Shown here: positions 55,970-64,000 of the stretch, in pieces
How positions within the stretch are numbered: position 1 is the first letter of the stretch
Layout of the letters: every line of letters starts with the position of its first letter
The notes under the pieces: generated by a model
Told to the model about the DNA's origin: nothing
Databases searched by the model: none
What the model saw: the letters and a program-made list of their open reading frames with translations, nothing else
NCBI GenBank assembly: GCA_964530955.1
Contig: CAZHCL010000001.1
Span: forward strand, 1-64,000
Direction: 5' to 3'
DNA length: 64,000 bases
Source of the DNA: Candidatus Woesearchaeota archaeon
Lineage (GTDB): Archaea > Nanobdellota > Nanobdellia > Pacearchaeales > GW2011-AR1
Position numbers and translations under genes: made by a program

Positions 55970-57997
55970 ATGGAACCTGTCCTTCAAAAGAAAAAAAAGC
56001 AGGAAGAACTGCTGCTAGAGGCAAAGAACTTTTTTGATGCTTATAAGAAAGAAATAAGCGATTCTTTAAGAGAGGGAGATAAAATTGTTCATTTAATCTT
56101 CCAAAATCTTATTGAGCATTCTCCAACACTATCCGATGCAGTTATAGAAGACCCTCAACAAACTCTTGCTATATTAGAGACCGCACTGGATGAAGCAGGA
56201 TTCATAAAAAATCCAAGAGTGAGACTGCAGGAGCTCCCTATTTCAGTCAAAATAAAGATAAGAGAGATAAGAGCTAAACATCTTGACCAGCTTCTTTGGA
56301 TTGAAGGAATAATCAGGCAGGCTTCTGAAGTTAGACCGCAGGTTGTGAATGCTAAATTTGAATGCCCAAACTGCGGAGCTTTACTTTCAGTTTTACAAAT
56401 AGATAATAAATTTAGGGAACCTTCTAGATGTACCTGCGGATGGAAGAGTGCATTCAGACTTATATCTAAAGAAATGGTTGACACTCAGAGATTAGTAATT
56501 GAAGAGTCTCCAGATTCACTTGATGGAGGAGAACAGCCAAGAAGAATCAATGTATTCCTTCAGGAGGATCTTGTTGACCCAAAAATGGAAGAAAGAACTA
56601 CTCCTGGAAGTAAGGTTAAAATATTTGGTATTTTGAAAGAAGTTCCAATACCGTTGAAGACAGGCTCAATTTCAACAAGATATGACATTGCAGTGGAAGC
56701 GAATAATATAATCCCCTTGGAAGAATCATTTGAAGATCTTAATATAACTGAAGAAGAGGAAGACCAAATAATTCAAATGGCTGCTGATCCAATTATATAC
56801 GACCGCCTGGCAAAAAGCATTGCTCCAAGTATTTATGGATTTGATAAAATAAAAGAAGCAGTACTTCTTCAAATGTTTGGTGGAATAAAAAAGTCAAAAT
56901 CTGATGGAGGAAGCACCAGAGGGGATATTCACATACTTCTTGTCGGAGATCCGGGAGTTGCAAAGTCAGTAATGCTTAAATTTATCTCAATAATTGCCCC
57001 TAAAGGAAGATATGTTTCTGGTAAAGCGGCAACTTCTGCAGGCCTGACTGCTGCCGTCGTGAAAGACGAGTTCCTTAGGGGATGGAGCTTAGAGGCAGGA
57101 GCTATGGTATTGTCTAATAAGGGAACTGTCTGTATAGATGAAATAGAAAAGATGAATGAGCAAGATAGAAGCGCGATGCATGAGGCGATGGAACAGCAAA
57201 CAGTTACTATTTCGAAAGCGAATATTCACGCAAGCCTTAGAGCTGAAACTACTGTTCTTGCTGCGGGAAACCCTAAAATGGGAAGATTTAATCCCTATGT
57301 TCCAATTCCTGAGCAGATAGATATCTCTCCAGCTTTACTTAGCAGATTTGATGTTATTTTTGTAATAAAAGACTTGCCTAATAAAATTCAGGATGAAGCA
57401 ATTGCTTCACACGTTTTGGAAGAACACAAGCAGGAAGTTATCAGAGATACGATTCCTCCAAAACTTTTAAGAAAATATATTTCATATGCTAAACAAAAAT
57501 TTAAACCTAAATTAACTGATGAAGCAATAGAGGAAATAAAGGATTTTTATGTCAAATTAAGGGGACAATCGGTTAACAGTGATGCTGCAATAAAGCCAAT
57601 CCCTATTACTGCTAGACAATTAGAAGGAATAATCAGATTATCAGAAGCACGAGCTAAAGTAAGATTAAGCAAGGAAGTTAAAAGAGAGGATGCAAAAATA
57701 GCTATTGAACTTTTGAAGACTTCTTTAACACAGGTAGGTTATGATGAAGAAACCAAGACATTTGACATTGACAAAATAACCTCTGGTATTTCAGCAGGTA
57801 AAAGAAATAAAATAATGATAGTAAGAGAGACTATTGCTCAGCTTGAAACACGTCTAGGAAAGCTGATTCCTACGGAGGAACTTGAAAAAGCCATCCAGGG
57901 AAAGATGTCTTCTCTTGAATTAGAGGATGCTATAAATCAACTTTCTAAATCAGGAGATATATTTAAACCTAAAAAGGGATTCATACAGAAATTATAA
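55970..57997 (+). CDS. mcm: Replicative helicase MCM
   Basis: CPNC..CTC zinc finger, GDPGVAKS, IDEIEKM, SRFD; no intein. Confidence 0.96.
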   Translation: MEPVLQKKKKQEELLLEAKNFFDAYKKEISDSLREGDKIVHLIFQNLIEHSPTLSDAVIEDPQQTLAILETALDEAGFIKNPRVRLQELPISVKIKIREIRAKHLDQLLWIEGIIRQASEVRPQVVNAKFECPNCGALLSVLQIDNKFREPSRCTCGWKSAFRLISKEMVDTQRLVIEESPDSLDGGEQPRRINVFLQEDLVDPKMEERTTPGSKVKIFGILKEVPIPLKTGSISTRYDIAVEANNIIPLEESFEDLNITEEEEDQIIQMAADPIIYDRLAKSIAPSIYGFDKIKEAVLLQMFGGIKKSKSDGGSTRGDIHILLVGDPGVAKSVMLKFISIIAPKGRYVSGKAATSAGLTAAVVKDEFLRGWSLEAGAMVLSNKGTVCIDEIEKMNEQDRSAMHEAMEQQTVTISKANIHASLRAETTVLAAGNPKMGRFNPYVPIPEQIDISPALLSRFDVIFVIKDLPNKIQDEAIASHVLEEHKQEVIRDTIPPKLLRKYISYAKQKFKPKLTDEAIEEIKDFYVKLRGQSVNSDAAIKPIPITARQLEGIIRLSEARAKVRLSKEVKREDAKIAIELLKTSLTQVGYDEETKTFDIDKITSGISAGKRNKIMIVRETIAQLETRLGKLIPTEELEKAIQGKMSSLELEDAINQLSKSGDIFKPKKGFIQKL

Positions 57998-58044
57998 TTG
58001 AATACCTAAAAACTTAAAAGGCCTGATTGTTAAATCAAATAAAA

Positions 58045-58680
58045 ATGGAAAACACACAAGTTCAACCAAGCACTTCACCTAAAAGAAATACTGCCTACAA
58101 GTTAAGAGTAGGAACAATAATGTCGGCAAAGCAGAATCTTGAAGGTGAAAAGCTAAAAAATATTCAAATAGCTGATAAAATGATAGTGAGAGTCAATGTT
58201 ATAGCTAATGTGACTGACAAATATATTCAGGAAGGCGAGAAGAAATTTGGTTCCATAACTCTCGACGATGGAACTGGTCAGATAAAGGCTAAAGCTTTTG
58301 GGGATGATGTTGAGTCCTTCTTTTCAGAGCTTAATCAGGGAGACACGACGATGGTCTTAGGTCTTTTACGCTCTTGGAATAATGAATTGTACATTTCTCC
58401 AGAGATAATAAAGAAAAAAGATCCTTCTTTTCTCCTTGTCAGAAAGCTTGAAGCGGAGTCTGAGGAAGTAAAAGTTCAGGATAAGGTGCAAATGACCGTA
58501 CTTAAAGATAAGATACTTAGTATGATAAAAGAGGCTGAAAAGGACGGAGGAATAGATACTGAAAAAATTTCCAGAGAACTTAAAGAAAATCCAGATGTAG
58601 TAAATCAGGAAATAAAGAAATTCCTTGAAGAAGGAATAGCTTATGAGCCAAGACCTGGAAAAGTCAGATATCTTGGTTAA
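58045..58680 (+). CDS. RPA32-like OB-fold protein with C-terminal winged helix
   Basis: RVNVIA, LDDGTGQI, YEPRPG. Confidence 0.82.
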   Translation: MENTQVQPSTSPKRNTAYKLRVGTIMSAKQNLEGEKLKNIQIADKMIVRVNVIANVTDKYIQEGEKKFGSITLDDGTGQIKAKAFGDDVESFFSELNQGDTTMVLGLLRSWNNELYISPEIIKKKDPSFLLVRKLEAESEEVKVQDKVQMTVLKDKILSMIKEAEKDGGIDTEKISRELKENPDVVNQEIKKFLEEGIAYEPRPGKVRYLG

Positions 58681-59211
58681 ATGTACCACAGAAAATTTAA
58701 TAGTGTAATGTCTCAGTTAAACGAAATTTGGGCGGCGAATGCCCTAAATATGAATGTTAATCTCCATCCAGGTATTGATCTGCTGGGAGAAGAAAAAAAT
58801 GTTGAAGTAAAATTTAATCTCCAAGCCAGAGGCATTTATAGGCACCGCTCATGGAGAGTATTAGACCATGAATTAGCTTATCAAAATGGAAAATCTTGTT
58901 TTTGGGCTCTTGGTTTCTATTGGTTAACCGATGATGTTGCAAATATTAATGTGCAGACTCAACTGGCTCTTGAAAGAAGAGTTACCGAAAGAGAATTGTT
59001 TATTGTTGGATGGGATTGGATGAATAGATTTGATAGGTATCACGAATCCGGAGAAACAAGAAAATCAAAATGGAATAACTGTTTAAGGTTTCCCAAATAT
59101 AACCAATTGCCTTCAGTAGTGAATACTTACAAAGTAAAAAATGGAAGAGTTCACTTGACAGAAGGAGTTGACCCTAGTTTTTTCAAAGATATGAAAATAA
59201 TTTCACCTTAA
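58681..59211 (+). CDS. Putative PD-(D/E)XK nuclease (restriction-endonuclease-like)
   Basis: E.W...PGIDL....VEVK motif. Confidence 0.45.
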   Translation: MYHRKFNSVMSQLNEIWAANALNMNVNLHPGIDLLGEEKNVEVKFNLQARGIYRHRSWRVLDHELAYQNGKSCFWALGFYWLTDDVANINVQTQLALERRVTERELFIVGWDWMNRFDRYHESGETRKSKWNNCLRFPKYNQLPSVVNTYKVKNGRVHLTEGVDPSFFKDMKIISP

Positions 59212-59793
59212 CTTTTTCAGTGCAAGATATATTGCAGCAATAACTAACAGGGCAAGAACTATTATTACTGCCAATTTGTCGTCAAAATTCTTAACTGCTG
59301 CCTCTATAACCAAAATAGCTCCTGCGGGAAGTGCAATTATTTGAAGCAGAAGTGTTGGAATGAAAAGCCCTAAAACGACAAGAATAAAGCCTATTATCGC
59401 AAAAATAAAGAAGCTTACTCTATTGTAACTCTTTGTGTCCGTATCTAGTTGTTTTGCACAGAAGTCACATTGCTTAAGAGCAACAGTACATCCATTATCA
59501 TTATACTGATAAATAGGCGAACCTCCTTGAGCAGTACAAGAATCAACCTGATTATTTAAAGTCGAATTGAAAAAACAAGAGGCATTTGTTTCTGGCTGAG
59601 GAAGGTAGGGTTTTGCAGGATAGGAATAATAATAGTTGGAAGAAGAATTACAGTATTTGTTATACTCTGGAGCAGGATAGGAATAGCTTACAATTAGATT
59701 TACCAGAGTTATCACCATTATTGCAATAAAAATTCCTACAATTATTGTCAGAGCAAGTGTTCGGCCATGTATTGGATGTTTGTTCTCAGGCAT
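59203..59793 (-). CDS. Membrane protein with extracellular Cys-rich loop
   Basis: TM, YPAPEYNKYC...C..C..C..C, then about 3 TM. Confidence 0.6.
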   Translation of the reverse strand: MPENKHPIHGRTLALTIIVGIFIAIMVITLVNLIVSYSYPAPEYNKYCNSSSNYYYSYPAKPYLPQPETNASCFFNSTLNNQVDSCTAQGGSPIYQYNDNGCTVALKQCDFCAKQLDTDTKSYNRVSFFIFAIIGFILVVLGLFIPTLLLQIIALPAGAILVIEAAVKNFDDKLAVIIVLALLVIAAIYLALKKLR

Positions 59794-59843
59794 CTAATTA
59801 TTAGATAAATAAAGCTTATAAACCTTATTTTACGCAGAGTATT

Positions 59844-60254
59844 ATGGAATCTTATGACTCATTGCTTGAGAAAGCTTATTCTAAAGTAAAAGTGGTCAAA
59901 TCTTCAGGTGAAAGATTTGAAATACCTAAAGTTACTGGGCAAGTTCAGGGTAAAAATACAATAATAACTAATATAACTTCTATAGCAAATTATCTTAGAC
60001 GCCCTGTTGACCAAATTTCAAAATTCCTTCAGAAGGAACTAGCTGCTTCAGGTAAAATAGAAAACGAGAGGCTTATCTTAAATACTAAATTGGGTTCAGA
60101 TAAAGTAAATGACAAAGTTGCTCTTTACACCAAAGAATTTGTTATCTGCCCTGAATGTTCAAAGCCAGATACTGAAATTATAGTCGATAAAGGAGTAAAA
60201 TTCAAGCATTGCCTTGCATGCGGGGCTAAATCACCCATAAAAAGGAAATTATAA
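59844..60254 (+). CDS. eif2b: Translation initiation factor aIF2 beta
   Basis: RFEIP, CPECSKPDT, CLACGA. Confidence 0.95.
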   Translation: MESYDSLLEKAYSKVKVVKSSGERFEIPKVTGQVQGKNTIITNITSIANYLRRPVDQISKFLQKELAASGKIENERLILNTKLGSDKVNDKVALYTKEFVICPECSKPDTEIIVDKGVKFKHCLACGAKSPIKRKL

Positions 60255-60553
60255 TGATATCAGTAAAAATACATAAATCCTACAGAACGGTAGTGGCAAT
60301 GTGTGATTCTGAGCTGTTAGGGAAAAAATTTGAGGAAGGAATAAGACAGCTTGATGTTAGGACAAATTTTTACAATGGGGAAGAAGTTAGTGAAGAAAAG
60401 GCTTTAGAAATAATGCAAAATTACGGCATAGAGGACGCAACCTTCAATATAGTGGGAGATAATTCTGTTAGACTTGCAATACAAGCAGGAATTATTGGAG
60501 AAGAATCTTCTGCTAAAATTCAGAATATACCTTTTGCTTTAAAATTACTTTAA
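60254..60553 (+). CDS. DUF424 family protein
   Basis: VAMCDSELLGK, FYNGE, NIVG. Confidence 0.85.
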   Translation: MISVKIHKSYRTVVAMCDSELLGKKFEEGIRQLDVRTNFYNGEEVSEEKALEIMQNYGIEDATFNIVGDNSVRLAIQAGIIGEESSAKIQNIPFALKLL

Positions 60554-60555
60554 AA

Positions 60556-61458
60556 TTAATTTCTTTTGAGTGCCTGTAATCTCAAAGCATTCTTCTTTTT
60601 CTTATTTCTTGATCTGATTACGAGCCAAACAATGATGCCTATTACTATTAGCAATACAATTATGAAGGTATAATTTGTACTTTTTTGGTCTTTTATTCTT
60701 CCGGTGAATAACTCTGGATCAAAATTAACTGCCTTTGTTAATTCTCTTCTGACTCCGATATTATCATTGTATTTAATGTCTAAGGAAATAGCTCCTTTCT
60801 TTGGAATTCCCTCGAAGGTGAATGAAGTATCATCTCCACTATTAAAACTGCCCAAGATATTTCTTGTATTGCCCTTAACACTGAAGTTTTCCTGATTAGG
60901 TAAATCAACAGTCAATCCTTCAACATTATTTTTTCCTATGTTCAGAATTTCAAAAGTTGCGGTCTGAGTAGTATAGTCATAGTCTTTTATTGAAACTTCA
61001 AAATCACTTTTTGTATCATTTACCGCTAAGTTTAATTTCTTAAGAAAATATGTTGGCTGGGCTACTTGATTGTTTGGAGAGTATTTTACCCATAATTCGT
61101 TATCTCCGTTTAGTGCTGTTTCATTGACTCTTACTTTAAATGGAACAAGTGCAAAAGAACCATAATTACTTACATATGTACCTGATTGCAGAATCAGGCT
61201 GGTATTTGCTCCAGGATCAAAACTTATAGGATAATCGTTAATTAGTTCGAAATAAAAATTTCCGCAATTTGAATTATCAAGACCATCTACCTGAAATACA
61301 AGTTTTACATACTCTCCAGGTATTGCTGGATAGGGATCTTGATTAAGAAGACTTATTGAAGGATTACATGCACCTACATTTGCCTGAGAAGCGCCAGTCA
61401 TCCCAATCAACATTGCAGTTGCAATAAATATAATTGCGAAATTTATCACCTTTTTCAT
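60556..61458 (-). CDS. COG1361-like S-layer-domain protein (paralog of 9570-10568)
   Basis: NQDPYPAIPGEY; signal peptide; C-terminal TM. Confidence 0.72.
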   Translation of the reverse strand: MKKVINFAIIFIATAMLIGMTGASQANVGACNPSISLLNQDPYPAIPGEYVKLVFQVDGLDNSNCGNFYFELINDYPISFDPGANTSLILQSGTYVSNYGSFALVPFKVRVNETALNGDNELWVKYSPNNQVAQPTYFLKKLNLAVNDTKSDFEVSIKDYDYTTQTATFEILNIGKNNVEGLTVDLPNQENFSVKGNTRNILGSFNSGDDTSFTFEGIPKKGAISLDIKYNDNIGVRRELTKAVNFDPELFTGRIKDQKSTNYTFIIVLLIVIGIIVWLVIRSRNKKKKNALRLQALKRN

Positions 61459-61527
61459 ATATTAATTTAGATAATAATTGTTTTAAACCTTTCTATGACT
61501 TATATTGACGACAAAAATAAAATTTGT

Positions 61528-63087
61528 TTAAGCCTTCGTGTTATTTATATAGGCTATTTCGGCAGCAGGCAAGACTTTGTTGTAAATTCTTATCTGGTCA
61601 ATTGTTCCATTGAAATATTCACTTCCAAAGTTCGTTCTTCCTATCATCAAATAGGCACTAGAATCGATAGGAGGTGAATTTGTTAATGAAGAATTAGCTA
61701 CATTGACTCCGTCGAGGTAAAACTGCACTGCTGAAGAGCTGACTACCCATGCTCCATGATGCCAAACTCCTATACTCGGACTTACGCCTGATTCTTTCCA
61801 CCCGTTAGGAGAAGAGTCCCAGTAATCAAAGAAGTTACCTATAGCATTTCTTCTCGCAATGAAGTTGACTCTGTTTTTAGTTGAGCCACCAGCTATTGAA
61901 AGAAGACCATAATGCTGATTTTGTATTCCAGAATTGATTCTGAACCAAATTGATACTGTAAAATTACTCTGCCCTAAGTTCGAAAACACCGGAGAAGATG
62001 ACACGTTTATGTACTGATCTACTCCATTGAAATAATATGTCCCACCAGATATTCCTCCTCCGAATGGAAGGCTCGTTATTCCTGTGTTATTGTATGTTGA
62101 GCCATTAATTCCATTTCCGGAATAATCAGTTACTGTTGATGAACCTAAGTCTTCAGGGTAATAGGCAACCAGTGAACTCGTTAAATCGTATAGTGAATAT
62201 GTTGTACTACCTACGCCAGAAGCAATTTGGAAAAGAGTATTATTAGTGGAACTCGTTGCAATTACTTCAAAAGTGTAATTGGTTCCATTCTTCAATCCTA
62301 TTATTCTAGCTGGTAAAAATGATGACAAGGGCAACATGTTTCCAAAGGTCTGTACGCTCATATTTGGAGTTGATAAATAATGTACTCCACCGTCAGTGGA
62401 AAGATAAATGTCATAGGTATCTGCGCCAGTTGCGTTGTTCCAAGTCAGATCAATTTCAGAAGCTGAAACATTTGTTGCTACTAAACCGAATGGATTTGTT
62501 CCTGGTCCATTCCCGCTTTGATTGGTGTTATTCCCTCCATTATTACTTCCATTGTTAGGAGGATTAGGATTTCCTTGAGGATTATTATTTGTTAGTGAAA
62601 GACTGGGATTACAATTTATTTTCTGTGATTGAGGACAGTTGATGATATTTCCATTTGTTCCTCTGAGAGTTACTGTGACGGCAACTGAATCAGGACTTGA
62701 AGTAGAACCAAGATATCCTCCTGCAACCTGTAAGGGATCAGACAAATCATAACTTCTAGTGTCCAAAATATTTGGCAAGGAAAGAACGCTCCTCACTTCA
62801 GTTATTGATGATTTGTAGAATATAAGACTTAAATTAATTATATTTCCGGGTGCGCTGTTTCTTTTTACAAGGACTACTGGGTTGGCAGGACCAGGAGAAG
62901 TAGAATTATATGAACATTTAGAGGTGACAACTTGAATTTGCTGGCACGAAACTGAAGATGAAATTTGGTTTGCTCCTTTATTGACTGTATTTAAAACAAC
63001 AACACCGATTATCGCAATAGCGACAACAACAAGCAAGATTACCAATACTGTAGAAATTACACTACTTATCCCCTTTTTTGACATCAT
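61528..63087 (-). CDS. Type IV pilin-like N-terminus fused to FN3 and LamG (concanavalin-like) domains
   Basis: KKG/ISSVISTVLVILLVV; N/G-rich linker; IDLTWN..GLKNGTNYTFEV; WHH..W...FYLDG...IG...FNGTIDQIRIYNKVL. Confidence 0.85.
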   Translation of the reverse strand: MMSKKGISSVISTVLVILLVVVAIAIIGVVVLNTVNKGANQISSSVSCQQIQVVTSKCSYNSTSPGPANPVVLVKRNSAPGNIINLSLIFYKSSITEVRSVLSLPNILDTRSYDLSDPLQVAGGYLGSTSSPDSVAVTVTLRGTNGNIINCPQSQKINCNPSLSLTNNNPQGNPNPPNNGSNNGGNNTNQSGNGPGTNPFGLVATNVSASEIDLTWNNATGADTYDIYLSTDGGVHYLSTPNMSVQTFGNMLPLSSFLPARIIGLKNGTNYTFEVIATSSTNNTLFQIASGVGSTTYSLYDLTSSLVAYYPEDLGSSTVTDYSGNGINGSTYNNTGITSLPFGGGISGGTYYFNGVDQYINVSSSPVFSNLGQSNFTVSIWFRINSGIQNQHYGLLSIAGGSTKNRVNFIARRNAIGNFFDYWDSSPNGWKESGVSPSIGVWHHGAWVVSSSAVQFYLDGVNVANSSLTNSPPIDSSAYLMIGRTNFGSEYFNGTIDQIRIYNKVLPAAEIAYINNTKA

Positions 63088-63195
63088 CTTACTATTTTTT
63101 ATGGACTATTCTCTTTATAAAACTTTCTCAGAAGCTAGTCTTGTTGAATTTAATGCCTTCAAAAGCTATTTAAAAGTTCTTTTGCTTCAATTATT

Positions 63196-63744
63196 ATGGA
63201 ATCATTTTATTTCAACAGAATTAAGGAATTAAAAAAGGAAAAAGACGAACTGGAAAGAAAACTTCAGGTAGTTATAACTATTACAGGTAAAAAGGTCGAA
63301 ATTGAGGGGTCTGCAGTAAATGAGTATGAAGCAGGTATTATTTTGGAAGCCATGCAATTCGGCTTTTCATCTAAAAAGGCACTTCTACTTCTTAATGATG
63401 ATATAATATTCAAGAAGGTGCCTATAAGAAGTTTTACAAGAAGAAAGGATATGAAGGAAGTAAGAGGAAGAGTCATAGGAAAGCAGGGAAAAACAAAAAG
63501 TACGTTAGAAGAAATATCTGGCTGCGATATATTAGTTAATGAGGAGCAAAATCAGATAGGAATTATAGGTTCTGCTCTGGAAATGGATGAAGCTACGGCA
63601 GCAATAGAGAAACTTATAAGAGGCTCAAAACAAGCGAATGTTTACAGATATTTAGAGAGAATGAATGCGGAAAAGAAAAAGATGGATTCTGACCTCGGCC
63701 TTAAGTTAAAGAAGAAGGAAGAGAAAAAGTATTCTGAAGAATAA
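63196..63744 (+). CDS. KH-domain RNA-processing protein (Pno1/Dim2-like)
   Basis: RGRVIGKQGKTK, LIRGSKQANVY. Confidence 0.88.
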   Translation: MESFYFNRIKELKKEKDELERKLQVVITITGKKVEIEGSAVNEYEAGIILEAMQFGFSSKKALLLLNDDIIFKKVPIRSFTRRKDMKEVRGRVIGKQGKTKSTLEEISGCDILVNEEQNQIGIIGSALEMDEATAAIEKLIRGSKQANVYRYLERMNAEKKKMDSDLGLKLKKKEEKKYSEE

Positions 63745-63833
63745 TCTTTCGTGCTTCAAGCTATATAGCAATATTTATATGATTTTTAGAGAGATAGCAA
63801 TATTTAAATAACATTTTTATCTGACAAAAGTAA

Positions 63834-63983
63834 GTCCCCTTAGCTCAGACCTTCCGAGACGCTAATTAACGTTAGGATGGGAGCAATCGGTAGAGCATCT
63901 GACTGTTAGAGATTAACAGCAGCTTTCCGTTGGAAGGCCCTATAGAAATCAGAGGGTCGCTGGTTCGAGTCCAGCAGGGGACG
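63834..63983 (+). tRNA. tRNA-Asn(GTT) with two introns: 63849-63886 (position 15/16) and 63909-63947 (position 37/38)
   Basis: Removing both gives a 73-nt cloverleaf: acceptor GTCCCCT/AGGGGAC, D-loop AGTCGGTA, anticodon arm TCTGA-CTGTTAA-TCAGA, G73. Both introns form BHB-like helices. Confidence 0.9.
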
Positions 63984-64000
63984 TTTATTTTTTAAGAAGA

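Noticed and set aside
7838-63476. Numerous short ORF-track entries antisense to or nested in identified genes (e.g. 7838-8248, 16712-17212, 33896-34285, 49717-50076)
   Set aside because: They are shadow frames of well-supported genes, with no motifs or translation signals.
1-64000. CRISPR array, rRNA, IS/transposase, inteins
   Set aside because: No regularly spaced repeats, rRNA-like tracts or transposase motifs were seen. MCM, aIF5B and the helicase have uninterrupted normal lengths.
5600-64000. Additional remote VRs for the same TR
   Set aside because: I did not see the IMH-proximal string TCCTCGCTTGG or its complement elsewhere. This was a visual scan only, so a computed search is still needed.

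Overview
AT-rich archaeal chromosome segment using the standard code. It is probably DPANN (Pacearchaeota/Woesearchaeota-like), inferred from aIF2-beta/gamma, aIF5B, aRF1, MCM, RpoE'/Spt4, eS6/eS24/eS31, NAC, Sec61-beta, Kae1, BRE-TATA promoters and BHB-type tRNA introns. The main result is a diversity-generating retroelement (DGR) at 0.9-5.6 kb. One 85-nt template repeat (TR, 4280-4364) and a YVDD reverse transcriptase are on the + strand. Two tandem, divergent target genes on the - strand each end in a variable repeat that differs from the TR almost only at adenines (21/21 and 13/14 mismatches). The targets sit inside a tightly coupled operon: AbrB-like regulator, AAA_5/MoxR-type ATPase, target 2, target 1, HExxH zincin-like protein (cut by the window edge). 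This suggests a hypervariable-receptor/ATPase/protease module. The RT is split by a frameshift most simply placed at a G10 run (possible phase-variable switch or homopolymer error), and no avd gene is recognisable. The rest of the window holds housekeeping genes, an ABC/S-layer-like export operon, a cluster of giant surface proteins next to a second MoxR-DUF58-VWA operon, two type IV pilin-like genes (one fused to FN3+LamG), a RelE-type TA pair, several orphans and five tRNAs. tRNA-Gly has one intron and tRNA-Asn has two, one at the unusual 15/16 position. All alignments were done by eye and no database searches were run.
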